Assembly: GCA_035390885.1 (NCBI GenBank)
Contig: DAOOUW010000003.1
Coordinates: 1,432 to 65,431, forward strand
Reading direction: 5' to 3'
From: Bacteroidota bacterium
GTDB lineage: Bacteria; Bacteroidota; Ignavibacteria; UBA10030
DNA: 64,000 bases
The first letter of the stretch is position 1; each line of letters begins with the position of its first letter. The translations under genes were made by a program, and so were the position numbers. Positions 28,135-38,900 of the stretch are shown one piece after another. Under the pieces are notes generated by a model, which did not search any database, was not told the origin of the DNA, and worked only from the letters and a program-made list of their open reading frames with translations.

Positions 28135-30468
28135 TCAATGAATAATGACAAACTTACCATGTGCACGATCGCCTGTGTCTAGATCTTCAACAACAAAGAA
28201 ATAGACGCCAGATGCTATACGCTGGTTGTTGCGGGAAATCTGGAACCACTCCGTTGAATAAGTATCCGATCGATGCTCTATCGTTCCAACTAATTGTCCA
28301 CTGTATGAAAATATTCGAATGTTACTTCTCGAAGGCAGTCCATAAAAACATATCTTGTCGTGAATATCTCCCATCTTTGTTGAGCCGCCAAAATTCGATG
28401 CAACAATCAAGGGGTTGGGGGCAACATATACTTTACCCAATTTTGAGACCGCGCCTTTTTGTGTTTCATGATATGTAATATTTGTCCACCCGCTTTTTGT
28501 ACCTAATGAGTCGACTGTAAGTACTGCATAGTAATAATTTTCACTTATCAGGCTTGAGGTATCTCGTACTACATAACATCCCGGATAATTAACGTCAATA
28601 TTATAATATTGTGGAGCACGACGTGTGATACTATCAATAACTTTCCATGGACCGAGTGCATCAGGAGACTTAAGAACTAAGTAATGACTAAACCCTGAAC
28701 GTATTCTCCCTTGTACCGCTGTAGAGCTTTCAAAGTCCTCTACTGCTGTTGACCACACAATAATATTTTTAAAATCTGCCTGATTATGAACTTCAATTAT
28801 AGGACTCGGAAGTGGAATATAAGGAATTTGGTATACACCTTTTGCCGGTGATATTTCTGCTTTGTATTGTTCTGTATCATATTTTTTATATGGCTGACCA
28901 GTATAAATCTGAATAGCACGATCAGCAACCTGACGTAACGAAATTACAGGTTCTGGATCATCTGTTGAAATCTGTCCTGCCACATACCAGGGTAGTGGAT
29001 ATTTTTTTAAATAAGCGCTTCCCATATAGGGATAGTTTGCATGAATGCCGGGGTAAGTTATTGAATCGTACCAACTCACAACTGGCTTGTACCAACCTGT
29101 TGACTGCCCGCTTGGCTCTGTAGAAGCTCCACCTGCATCACGGAGCACAGTATCTGCAGCTGTTCCAGGTCCATAGCCAACCAATTGAGCAATAGCAAAC
29201 CGTACTGGTACTCCTGGCTTAAATACGTATGGGCCAAATGATGTATAATGGAGAGTAGTTTGTGAATAATTACCATTACTCAACGCACGAGGTTTTGCTC
29301 GCCCATGCCAATACTTCATAAGTTCTAGATTTTTTGCGGCATCGATTGATGCATAAGGATAATTAAAATTTGCCCAACTAGTAGAATCAGCTGAACCAGC
29401 CTTCATATCGAAGGCTGAGTATGGACGACTCAACGACAAATCTAACATAGCTCCAATTTGAGTGTCGTAAAGCGCCCGGTTTCTATTTGGAATTTGTTGC
29501 GTAACATAAGGCTGACGGAATTTACCAAGTTCGTCCCAAACTCGAGTACTATCGGTTCCGCTATATAACGTTCTCCATTGTGGTTGAAGTTGCGTCGTAT
29601 CATAATGCAAAACCATATATCCAACAGCTTGAGGCGCGTTTAATCCTCCACGATTTCCTTCTGTAGACCACACATTAAAATACTTTTCTTCCGGGAAACC
29701 ATTTCTTGTATGGACATAAGATAAATACCGTGTAAAATTATAGCGTGCATAAATTTCTTTTGAACGAGTGGTATTTGAACCCTCTTGCCATAATCCACCG
29801 TATTTTCTTTCCATCCCAAACGCTGAAGGTGCAATTGCTGCCCCAAAGACAACAAAACCATCAGGATATTCAATAGTATCTATATTCACAATTTCATATT
29901 CAATAATGACAAACGCATCATAACCACGATACCCCCATGCACGACTTGTCTGTTTTACTTCTAGCTTCATTGGTTCAATTGTTTGGTATTTTGCAATAAT
30001 AATCTCTTCAGCTTCATTTGGGTCATAGTTAGGATTTAATGTCCCATCTTCAAGAATTGGATAATTCTCTTTACGTGAAATTCCAATGGCTTTAACATAT
30101 ACATCTTCAATCTGGATAGTTCCACCACTTCCATCTCCCATAATACCACATGCTCGGCGCACTTTTTGTCCATCAATTGTTGCACTTAAAAGAACACCAG
30201 CGCCAAACGAATTATGATGTCCCAGATATTCAAAGTTATCCAAAAAGATATTGCCTTCTGAAGGGGGCCATTCCCACGAAGATGTCTTCTTCGTAATACC
30301 TACCTCTTGTGCATTGCTCGCATTGAATGGCCTGCCTATTTCACCGGTATAATACATAGTTTGGCGTAGTAGGCTTCTTACGTGAGTTTTATATCGTAAG
30401 CTCTGTTGTGCAAAAGCTGACATCGCACAAATACTCAATAAAATCATTACTATGTTAATTCTTTTCAT
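28135..30468 (-). CDS. 777-aa secreted protein of unknown function with T9SS-type C-terminal domain
   Basis: Signal peptide MKRINIVMILLSICAMSAFAQQ with no lipobox Cys. No catalytic motif recognised. The C-terminal ~90 aa (KVYVAPNPL...IRIFSYSGQLV...ASGVYFFVVEDLDTGDRAHGKFVIIH) look like a Por_Secre_tail/FlgD-Ig CTD. Confidence 0.6.
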   Translation of the reverse strand: MKRINIVMILLSICAMSAFAQQSLRYKTHVRSLLRQTMYYTGEIGRPFNASNAQEVGITKKTSSWEWPPSEGNIFLDNFEYLGHHNSFGAGVLLSATIDGQKVRRACGIMGDGSGGTIQIEDVYVKAIGISRKENYPILEDGTLNPNYDPNEAEEIIIAKYQTIEPMKLEVKQTSRAWGYRGYDAFVIIEYEIVNIDTIEYPDGFVVFGAAIAPSAFGMERKYGGLWQEGSNTTRSKEIYARYNFTRYLSYVHTRNGFPEEKYFNVWSTEGNRGGLNAPQAVGYMVLHYDTTQLQPQWRTLYSGTDSTRVWDELGKFRQPYVTQQIPNRNRALYDTQIGAMLDLSLSRPYSAFDMKAGSADSTSWANFNYPYASIDAAKNLELMKYWHGRAKPRALSNGNYSQTTLHYTSFGPYVFKPGVPVRFAIAQLVGYGPGTAADTVLRDAGGASTEPSGQSTGWYKPVVSWYDSITYPGIHANYPYMGSAYLKKYPLPWYVAGQISTDDPEPVISLRQVADRAIQIYTGQPYKKYDTEQYKAEISPAKGVYQIPYIPLPSPIIEVHNQADFKNIIVWSTAVEDFESSTAVQGRIRSGFSHYLVLKSPDALGPWKVIDSITRRAPQYYNIDVNYPGCYVVRDTSSLISENYYYAVLTVDSLGTKSGWTNITYHETQKGAVSKLGKVYVAPNPLIVASNFGGSTKMGDIHDKICFYGLPSRSNIRIFSYSGQLVGTIEHRSDTYSTEWFQISRNNQRIASGVYFFVVEDLDTGDRAHGKFVIIH

Positions 30469-30502
30469 ATCCTTATCCTACATAAATTATTTTATAGAAC
30501 TG

Positions 30503-33409
30503 TTAAAAATCTATTGCTATACCCAGATTGTATGAGCGTGGTGAATTACTATATAATAGAAATGAATGATCGACCGGATATGTTACATCCGACTCACCTG
30601 GATAATTATCCCAATAGAGTGCACCACGAGTTATGTTCTCAAGCGGATACGATTCAAAGTTGGGCAATATTTGATTACCATCAACCTTGTTTTCACTATA
30701 GAAAATATAATTATAGTTATAAATCTTATTATCAAACAAATTAAACACTTCAAAGTAAAGAGTAGCTTTTGTTCCAAAGAATTTTGTAATTGTTTTTGAA
30801 ATGCGCATATCGGTATTGTATTCAGCAGGACTTCTATACTCATTAACAGCACCAAGATCTTTGGAAGAGGTGTAGGGACGACCGCTGCGTGCAAAACTCC
30901 TTACTGAAAATGCTGTCGATCCAAATGGATAAATACTCCCAAACTTCGGTCCCCAATTATCATCCGTCGCATACGTGAGTGTAGCAATTAAATTGTGTGT
31001 TCGATCGAAGTTTAACAATACGTCACGAACAGGAACCTTTTGTAAATCTGTGGAACTTGTACCATCGTCATACCGAGTAACCACCCAAGGCGCATTTGTT
31101 GGTGATGCACTTTTTCCCGTAGCAACGCTATATTGATAATTTAACGATCCCGTTAAAGCTCCGCGCTTTTTACTTAGCACAACCCTGAAACCGCGAATAT
31201 CTGCATAGGCGCGATTAAAATAAGATTGAAATGAGACATTTGATTGCATCTGATCAACGATAGTGGCAACTTCAATTAAGTTCTTTACGTCTTTGTACCA
31301 GCCACTAACATCCACTGTAAATCCTTCACCCAGTCCCTGTATAATGCCGACGTCGTAACTATTGGTTGACTGCGGTTTCAGTGTTGAATTACCGATCATA
31401 TAAGGAAATTCTCCTTCTCTCGTTACCTGCACCCTGTTGCCAATCATATACTGAAACGGAGGTCTCTGAAGAAATACACCATAGTTCAAATGGAATACTG
31501 TTGAAACTGAAACAGGGAAGGATATACCAATACGTGGTTGTAATCTTCCAATAGGATTAGCTTTCGTTTTCGGCGCATTGTCAGGATCTTGTATTCCTCT
31601 CCCTGTCTCTTCATCAATTACCACAAAGTATGGATTGAAGAAGTTTTCGTAGTAATAGTTATTAGAATTCCATACATCCCAACGCAACCCAACTTTTGCA
31701 ATCATACCTTCAAATTCCATCTTATCTTGTAAATAAATTCCGGCTTCCCAAGGTTCGCCAGTATATTTTGTTTTTGATATACCGCCCATGGACTGAATGT
31801 TATAGACATTATCAACGCGCAAAAAATAGTAATTTGCTTGTATACCGCCATTAAGCATGTGTGAATTTGTGACCTGGCTAGTAAATGAAGCATCAAGCGA
31901 TATGGTTGCAGTTCTTTCATTAGAGAAGTTGCCCTGTGTATTTCCCAAGTAGGAAAACGTCTTATTTGTAAAACCATCAAAAGAGAATAATGAACCCGTA
32001 CGGAAAATTACACCGCTTCCAGTTTGAACATTTATTGCGTCGGGAATAATTGTATCATACCATGGAGTTGTACCAAGACGGTACTCTGTACGAAGTCCAT
32101 TAAGTTTAATATCATAAAATGTTTTAGCGCTAAGCGCTTTCGTATAGCGTAAACCAAACTGGTGGTTCATACGTTGACGGTATTGAATGCCAAGAATCCG
32201 ATCCCACATCCAGCCATAGAAACCTGTACCTCCAGAGAAATAATTCTCAAATTCATACTGATAGCCGCCGCTGACTTTGAACGCCGCACCTTGACCTAAA
32301 TCGAATGCAACATTTCCCATGACTTGCCTTTGCTCGTCAGGTTGTTGAGTTGGAAGTATAGGATTTTCTATATTCGACCTGAAAGCCATAAACATTGTAA
32401 CTCCCTCGTCAATCGGTCCTCCTGTAGCGCCTTCAACTGCATAATCAATCCGTTTTGTATAATCAGCATCTCCTTCACGAGCTACAATCTGATCCCAAAC
32501 GGCTTTACCTACCCTAGCTGTAAGCATAGTATCATTTGCGAAAAGCGAATTCACCCATTTAAAAAGTGCTTTCCCATCGTTCTTTTTCCCAAGCCAAAAT
32601 TCTTCATCTGCAAGGAGCATCATATATGGTTGCGCTTTAACATCAAAAATATTTGCTCCCCAATGTTTTTTACCCGGCAACCGCATTCGCGATTCAAAGT
32701 GTGAACGCCATTTATCTGACTTACCTTCTTTCATTGTAATGTTTACCACGCCCGATTGAGCATTCCCATATTGTGCGTCGAAGCCGCTTGTGATAACTTC
32801 AATTTCTTCAACCGCGCTAACAATTGGCAAAAATGCACTAGAGTTATCTAGAGGGTTATTAATGCCCATTCCTTGCAAAGTGTATAACTCTTCGTTTGTA
32901 CGCCCACCTCGAAAGTGCCCGTCTGTAACATCGGCGGCAAGTCCAATAACATCACCAACATCTCGTACACCTGCAAGAGATTGTACATCCTCCGGTCGTA
33001 CGATTGCACTCGTCGATGTTTTTTCTGGCTCGACGTCAGGACGCGTCGCTTCTACAACGATTGCTTCTTGCTCGATTGCTGTCTGTTTAAGATCAAAATT
33101 CAGCGTCGTCGTACGTCCTGAATTTACAATAACATCCTGCACAATGACTCGCTCGTATCCAATCATCGAAGCTTGTACTTCATATTTTCCAGCAGGAATA
33201 TTCAAGATAAAATAATTTCCATCAAGGTCAGAAGCTGCGCCAAGGCTCGTTCCACGAATTACAACATTCGCTCCAATGAGCGGCTCGCCAGTTTGAGCAT
33301 CCTTCACAACACCTGATATTTTCCCTCCGGTTTGTGCAGAGAGAATACTCAGCGTGCAACACAGAGCCACGCTAAGTATGAGCATTCTGTATATTACTCG
33401 TTTTGCCAT
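30503..33409 (-). CDS. TonB-dependent outer-membrane receptor with CarboxypepD_reg N-terminal domain
   Basis: GKISGVVKDAQTGEPLIGANVVIRGTSLGAASDLDGNYFILNIPAGKYEV is the carboxypeptidase-regulatory-like domain. A plug region follows (IVRPEDVQSLAG...RGGRTNEELYTLQGMGINNP). The barrel ends ...LGIAIDF. Confidence 0.88.
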   Translation of the reverse strand: MAKRVIYRMLILSVALCCTLSILSAQTGGKISGVVKDAQTGEPLIGANVVIRGTSLGAASDLDGNYFILNIPAGKYEVQASMIGYERVIVQDVIVNSGRTTTLNFDLKQTAIEQEAIVVEATRPDVEPEKTSTSAIVRPEDVQSLAGVRDVGDVIGLAADVTDGHFRGGRTNEELYTLQGMGINNPLDNSSAFLPIVSAVEEIEVITSGFDAQYGNAQSGVVNITMKEGKSDKWRSHFESRMRLPGKKHWGANIFDVKAQPYMMLLADEEFWLGKKNDGKALFKWVNSLFANDTMLTARVGKAVWDQIVAREGDADYTKRIDYAVEGATGGPIDEGVTMFMAFRSNIENPILPTQQPDEQRQVMGNVAFDLGQGAAFKVSGGYQYEFENYFSGGTGFYGWMWDRILGIQYRQRMNHQFGLRYTKALSAKTFYDIKLNGLRTEYRLGTTPWYDTIIPDAINVQTGSGVIFRTGSLFSFDGFTNKTFSYLGNTQGNFSNERTATISLDASFTSQVTNSHMLNGGIQANYYFLRVDNVYNIQSMGGISKTKYTGEPWEAGIYLQDKMEFEGMIAKVGLRWDVWNSNNYYYENFFNPYFVVIDEETGRGIQDPDNAPKTKANPIGRLQPRIGISFPVSVSTVFHLNYGVFLQRPPFQYMIGNRVQVTREGEFPYMIGNSTLKPQSTNSYDVGIIQGLGEGFTVDVSGWYKDVKNLIEVATIVDQMQSNVSFQSYFNRAYADIRGFRVVLSKKRGALTGSLNYQYSVATGKSASPTNAPWVVTRYDDGTSSTDLQKVPVRDVLLNFDRTHNLIATLTYATDDNWGPKFGSIYPFGSTAFSVRSFARSGRPYTSSKDLGAVNEYRSPAEYNTDMRISKTITKFFGTKATLYFEVFNLFDNKIYNYNYIFYSENKVDGNQILPNFESYPLENITRGALYWDNYPGESDVTYPVDHSFLLYSNSPRSYNLGIAIDF

Positions 33410-33459
33410 TTGTACTCCTTAGTTCCTTAATGACAAGTTAATAATGACTTACACCACAG

Positions 33460-34815
33460 TTATTTTTTTGTATTCACAACAACGTTGATCAAATCAAAAT
33501 TTTTGACATTCTCAATGACATTTGGCTCGGCAACATTATCGAATTTACAATTCTCGATGTGAACATTCGTCGCAGGGGAATACCCAAACGCCCGTATCCA
33601 AATTCCATAATGGCTTTTCTCACAAACTACATCTCGAACATCAACATTCCTGACAATCGGCGTAAAAGAACCTTTATCAGCCTCTTCATAGTAAAAATCA
33701 ATTTTAATAACAGCTTCAGCAACTTGACCAACTTTGATATTTCTCATAAACACATTTTCAACAACGCCGCCGCGCATCGCATTCGTCTTAATTCTTAACG
33801 CACGATCGAGACTTGGACTGTCCATCACATTGTTTTCAATGAAGACGTTTCTCACACCGCCAGATATTTCACTTCCGATGGAAACACCTCCATGCCCATC
33901 GTTCATCGTACTATTCTCAACAATTATATTTTCGCAAGGGACATTGATTCTGCGCCCGTCGGCATTTCTGCCAGATTTGATCGCAATGCAATCATCGCCA
34001 TTCTTAAAGTAACAACCTCTGATAAGAACATCTTTACATGATTCGGGATCGATTCCATCATTGTTTGGACCCAAGCCAACCGTTTTTACATCAATAAAAG
34101 AGACATTAGTGCATAGCACCGGATTCAGAAACCACATTGGGGAATCCTTAAAAGTAACTCCTTCAACCAGAATATTCTTACATCGATATGGCTCAAAGAA
34201 ATTTGGTCGTAAATATGAGCCTTCGCCGCACACTCTTTTTTCTACTGGAACTCCTTGCTCAGCCATTTCAAAAAGTTTTTTCCGAGCATCTCGCTGACTT
34301 TGCAAATTTTTCCACTGCCACCAATTTGCATCGGAGGCTTGTCCATTCAAAACACCTTCGCCAGTAATTGCAATATTTTCCTGCTCCATTGCATAGATCA
34401 AGGGGGAATAATTCATACATTCCACACCTTCCCAGCGGCAAAATACTATAGGTAAATATTTCTTCGGATCTGTAAAAAACAGAATCTCCGCATCTTTCAT
34501 AATATGGAGATTGACATTGCTCTTGAGTACAATCGGACCTGTAAGATACTTGCCTGCAGGAACAATTACTCTACCACCGCCAGCTTTCGAACATGCTTCG
34601 ATCGCTTTTGCAAATGCTTTTGAGCAATCCTTTTTGCCATTGCCAACGGCGCCGTATTTCGTTACATCAAAATCTTTTGATGGAAAAGTTGGAGGAATGA
34701 TTTGTTTGAGGATAGTTTCTTTTGTTGACCAGTTAATATCTTGAGCTACAACAATACTACCAATAGTAACCACAGCAAAAATCATAATGGTTACTCTATT
34801 TATTTTTTTTATCAT
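33460..34815 (-). CDS. GH28 (exo-)polygalacturonase, secreted
   Basis: NNDGIDPESC, NGDDCIAIKSG, HGGVSIGSE and RIKTNAMRGG. N-terminal signal/anchor. Confidence 0.9.
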   Translation of the reverse strand: MIKKINRVTIMIFAVVTIGSIVVAQDINWSTKETILKQIIPPTFPSKDFDVTKYGAVGNGKKDCSKAFAKAIEACSKAGGGRVIVPAGKYLTGPIVLKSNVNLHIMKDAEILFFTDPKKYLPIVFCRWEGVECMNYSPLIYAMEQENIAITGEGVLNGQASDANWWQWKNLQSQRDARKKLFEMAEQGVPVEKRVCGEGSYLRPNFFEPYRCKNILVEGVTFKDSPMWFLNPVLCTNVSFIDVKTVGLGPNNDGIDPESCKDVLIRGCYFKNGDDCIAIKSGRNADGRRINVPCENIIVENSTMNDGHGGVSIGSEISGGVRNVFIENNVMDSPSLDRALRIKTNAMRGGVVENVFMRNIKVGQVAEAVIKIDFYYEEADKGSFTPIVRNVDVRDVVCEKSHYGIWIRAFGYSPATNVHIENCKFDNVAEPNVIENVKNFDLINVVVNTKK

Positions 34816-35075
34816 GAAGTCCTCACTCTACTTTTGATTTTACAAATATTGTGAGAGAATAATGGCGCTAACTTTTTTGAATTTTTATCTACACGCTAAT
34901 CGGCTAAAATATAAACTTCATTTAACTTCTTGTCAAGTTGTTTTAAGAACTTTTTATTTTTTCAAATTGAAGTTAGCAAGTATAACAATAAAACGGAAGC
35001 TAAATGAGACGAGATGCAGGAATACACTATTAAACGCATTGTCATTACGCTCAGTGGCAAAAAATTAAAGGTCCA

Positions 35076-35333
35076 TTATTTTTTCATACCCTGAATACAC
35101 TCCAACACTTTTTGAATACGCTTATCTTGCTCTGAACTGGAAAGCTCTGGATACGGTTCTTGTTGATAGAGAGTAATTATAATTTTTAAACTCCGTAACA
35201 GTGAAGCGCAATTTGAACACGTTTCTATGTGTTCACGAACTTTTTTGCAGTTGCGTGAACTTAGTTTTTCATCTAAATGCGTGCAAAGATAATCTGCAAC
35301 TTGTTTACAGCAGGGAGTTTGTTCCTTCTTCAT
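35076..35333 (-). CDS. Small soluble zinc-binding anti-sigma factor (ZAS, zf-HC2-like)
   Basis: 85 aa with no hydrophobic segment. HIETCSNC is the HxxxCxxC motif, and a CC pair is at residues 8-9. Its start overlaps the sigma-factor stop as ATGA (35330-35333). Confidence 0.75.
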   Translation of the reverse strand: MKKEQTPCCKQVADYLCTHLDEKLSSRNCKKVREHIETCSNCASLLRSLKIIITLYQQEPYPELSSSEQDKRIQKVLECIQGMKK

Positions 35334-35947
35334 ACTTCAATGTAGTCCTTCAATTGTTCCCGAAGAAAAAGACGAGCTCGACGCAATCTGGATTTTACCG
35401 CAGGAACAGAGAGCTTCAGTATCTTCGCAGTCTCTTCAGAAGATTTCCCTTCGATATCGCGCAATACAAATACAACTCGATATTCGAGCGGTAATTTTCG
35501 AATAGCCTCATCAAGGCGTCGTTGAAGTTCGTCATCCATTACTAATTCCAAAGGCGAAGCACGATGTGATTGCAATTCTAGCGTCCGAATCTCACCGGTG
35601 TGATGATCAAGAGAGATCTCGCTACCATCGAGAGAATGGGATGCCTGTGCTAATTTTGTCTTTCGATGTTTCATTTTACAGTTATTGACAACGATACTGT
35701 AGAGCCACGTCGAAAACTTTGCCTTTCCATCGAACTGATGAAGCTTCCGATAAACATTCACAAAGGTATCCTGCAAAGTTTCTTCAGCTTTCTCTCTATC
35801 GCGACACACTTTGTATGCAAAGCTGAAGACTAACGGCTCATACTTCTTGACGATTTTGGTAAATGATTGCTCGTCCCCTTGTTTTGCGGTACGAATAAGT
35901 TCCAGATCTTCTTGCGCATTTCTTATTTGTCGAACTTTAGCAGCCAT
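35330..35947 (-). CDS. ECF-type RNA polymerase sigma-70 factor
   Basis: Region 2 is FSTWLYSIVVNNCKMKHRK. Region 4 is SSEETAKILKLSVPAVKSRLRRAR. Confidence 0.9.
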   Translation of the reverse strand: MAAKVRQIRNAQEDLELIRTAKQGDEQSFTKIVKKYEPLVFSFAYKVCRDREKAEETLQDTFVNVYRKLHQFDGKAKFSTWLYSIVVNNCKMKHRKTKLAQASHSLDGSEISLDHHTGEIRTLELQSHRASPLELVMDDELQRRLDEAIRKLPLEYRVVFVLRDIEGKSSEETAKILKLSVPAVKSRLRRARLFLREQLKDYIEV

Positions 35948-35949
35948 CT

Positions 35950-38900
35950 CTACTCACAAAGAATTACAACATTTGTCTCACACGGGAGAGAGTTCTTCAC
36001 ATTTTGGTCATTTGCTCGAACACGAAAAACATTATTTCCTCTACGGAGAGGAACTTCCAGAAAATTTCCATACCCTATAATCATCTGCCCAGAAAACCAT
36101 TCAATTTTTATCGGTTGGTCTGCCGGTCGATTTAATTTGGGCGCTGTAAGCACAATTGCAGGATTCGACGGATTCCATTGGCGCTTCATTACTTGAGGCT
36201 CTTCAATAAATGCTAACGGTTCCCATCCGACAACTTCGATATTTCGTTCTTTGAGAATTTTTCCTTTCGGAGACCAGCCAAGCGTAAAAGTTTGACTTCC
36301 TTTTTCCACAATAATTTCTGAAACAAGCACAGCATCTTTAATAAAACCAACGTTCGGTATTGCAGTAACTTCCTGTATTTTTATCTCACTTCCAACAATC
36401 CAATTGACTGGAACATCAATTTCTTCGAGTCTTTGTACGGGTAGAATTTGCACAATGCGGGAAACGGAATCAATGGAATTCCGCAAACCTCTTTTGTCAT
36501 CGGCAACCAATGTTACTCGAACCGTTCCCTGTTTATTCCAAACGCCACGAGTCGAAGAAAGCGCCTCGTCGTTCATTTTCCAGATAAAGGAAAGCGTATC
36601 GCCATCGCTATCCACAAATGACGCAGGTTGTAATTCATACTCTTCACCTTCATAGAAAGAATTTGAAATATCAAACGTTACATCTGGCTTTGCATTTACG
36701 TATAAGGATTTTGTCTCTTCCACAATTCCTGAACTTGTTCCAGAATTATCTTGAATCGTCAAGGAGATTGTATGTGTACCAGCCGTTGGTAGTACGCATG
36801 CCGCAACCGAATTCGATGAATAATAAATCCCATCGAGCTGCCATTCATACTTCACAATGCTCCCATCAGAATCAGAGCACCTTGATGCATCCAGCACGAG
36901 CGCATCTCCGAGCGCTATATCAGAAGGAATACTCCATTCACAACGAGGCGGAATATTGACCTGCAGTTGTTGCTGAGCAGTGGCAGCGCTGCAAGGGGAA
37001 CTGGATTCTATTTCGAGTTCTAATTGAATTGAATAAACACCCGGCCTCGAAAATTGGATTTGAGTTTCCATTCCTTCTCGCATAAACACTGTATCCTGTC
37101 CATCAATGAGCCATCGTACGGAACGAATTGCCCCTTGATATGTCGACGGCGTTCCATCGAGTTCCACGATCTCATTGATATTGACATTCGATGGAATTGA
37201 AAATGCAGCAATTGGTCCTTCCACAACATGCACTACCGAAGTTGCTTGATGAACACGTGTACAATTTCCGCTTCCATTTGCAAGTACAGTCAACGTTGCT
37301 GTGTAAGCACCTCCTTTTGTATAAACATGCGAAACTGTCTTACCGAAAGCGCTCGTTCCATCTCCAAAATCCCATGTAAATAAACCAATGGAACTCTTCG
37401 GAGCAACACTTTGACTGCCATCGAAGGTAAGAGGAACATTAGCGCAGACCGTTGTATCTGAAAAACTCTGAATCGCATGGGGAGAAGTTTCCACAAACAC
37501 AGGAATTGTAACAACAGGAGGATGTTCTACAATCCCATCGCTTAACATTAGCTTGACCAGATATATTCCGGGTTCCGTGTAAGTATGCGCAGGATTTGTT
37601 TCGTCGGAAAAAGCGTTATCGCCAAAATCCCAATGTGTTGTAATAGCGTCATTATCCGGATCATAACATTTTGAACTGTTGAAGAGCGCCACCTGTCCAA
37701 CACAGGTAGAAATACTTGAATCAACAATTGCTACAGGCGGCCTATTAATATTTACACGAATTGTTTGGCGTACAATCGAGTTCGTTTTGTTCTGACCATC
37801 GTTCACTCCTACTGTAAGAACATGAGTGCCAGCCGATGGAGCTTGCCACCAAAATGAAGCTTCGTTTCGATGCGTCCCATCAGGAAGAACCCAGTCGAAC
37901 GTTAGCGGCTGACCATCAATATCGTAGCTTTGAGACGCATCAAGAAAAATACGCCGCTCGTTCGAACGAATCGTTTGCTTCGTAACAAGCATTGGTGGAT
38001 TATTAACAAGCACAGGAATTTCTTCTACGACAACCCCATTCTTCAGTTTTGTTCCATCATCAACGATGATTTGTACATACTTTGTTCCAGATGTCGAAAA
38101 TCTTTTCCTTACAAAACTTCCATGGAATGTTGAGTCATCAGGGAATTTCCATGTAACCATCACTGGCTTGCCTTCAGGATCGTTGCTTCCTCGAGCGTCA
38201 AATGTTACAATCTCATTCGGTTCAGGAACGGATGGGGAAAAGGTATAGCGCACGTTCGGCGGAAAATTAACATGCACCATCGCTGTTTTAACCCCTATTG
38301 CATCATCGAATTGAGAGTTATCTTTTACTTGAAGCGTTACAGTATAGTCCCCTGGCTCTGGAAATTCCAATGATGTTTTTGATTCATTCGAAATTTCTTT
38401 GCCGTTGATAAACCATTGGTAAAGAACAATCGAACCATCGGAATCAACGCTTTGTGAACCATCAACGAACAATGGAACTTGTGGTTCCCAGAGCGGAGGT
38501 ACATCAAAATTTGCTTTCGGATTTTTATTGATTGTAATTGTATGACGTACAAACTGACTACTATTCGAAAGATTGTTTCCATCGTTGACAGTAAGAGTTA
38601 CTGTGTAAGTTCCACTGCGCTGATAGAGATGAGAAACCGTTTTTCCAACTGCTGTACTGTCATCGCCAAAATTCCATCTGTACGTAAGTTGATCTTGATC
38701 TGCATCCCACGATTTTTCTGCAGAGAAATGAATGAGTGATGAATTCGATTTCTCTGGAGCAATGATAACCGGAACCGGAGGCGCATTGACTTTAATGGTT
38801 TTTGTAAGAGTTTGAACAGAATTTTCTACACCCTCGCCATCATCAACAATTAAAGATACCGAGTATGTACCCGGTTCTTCGAAGGAAAGACTTGCAACAG

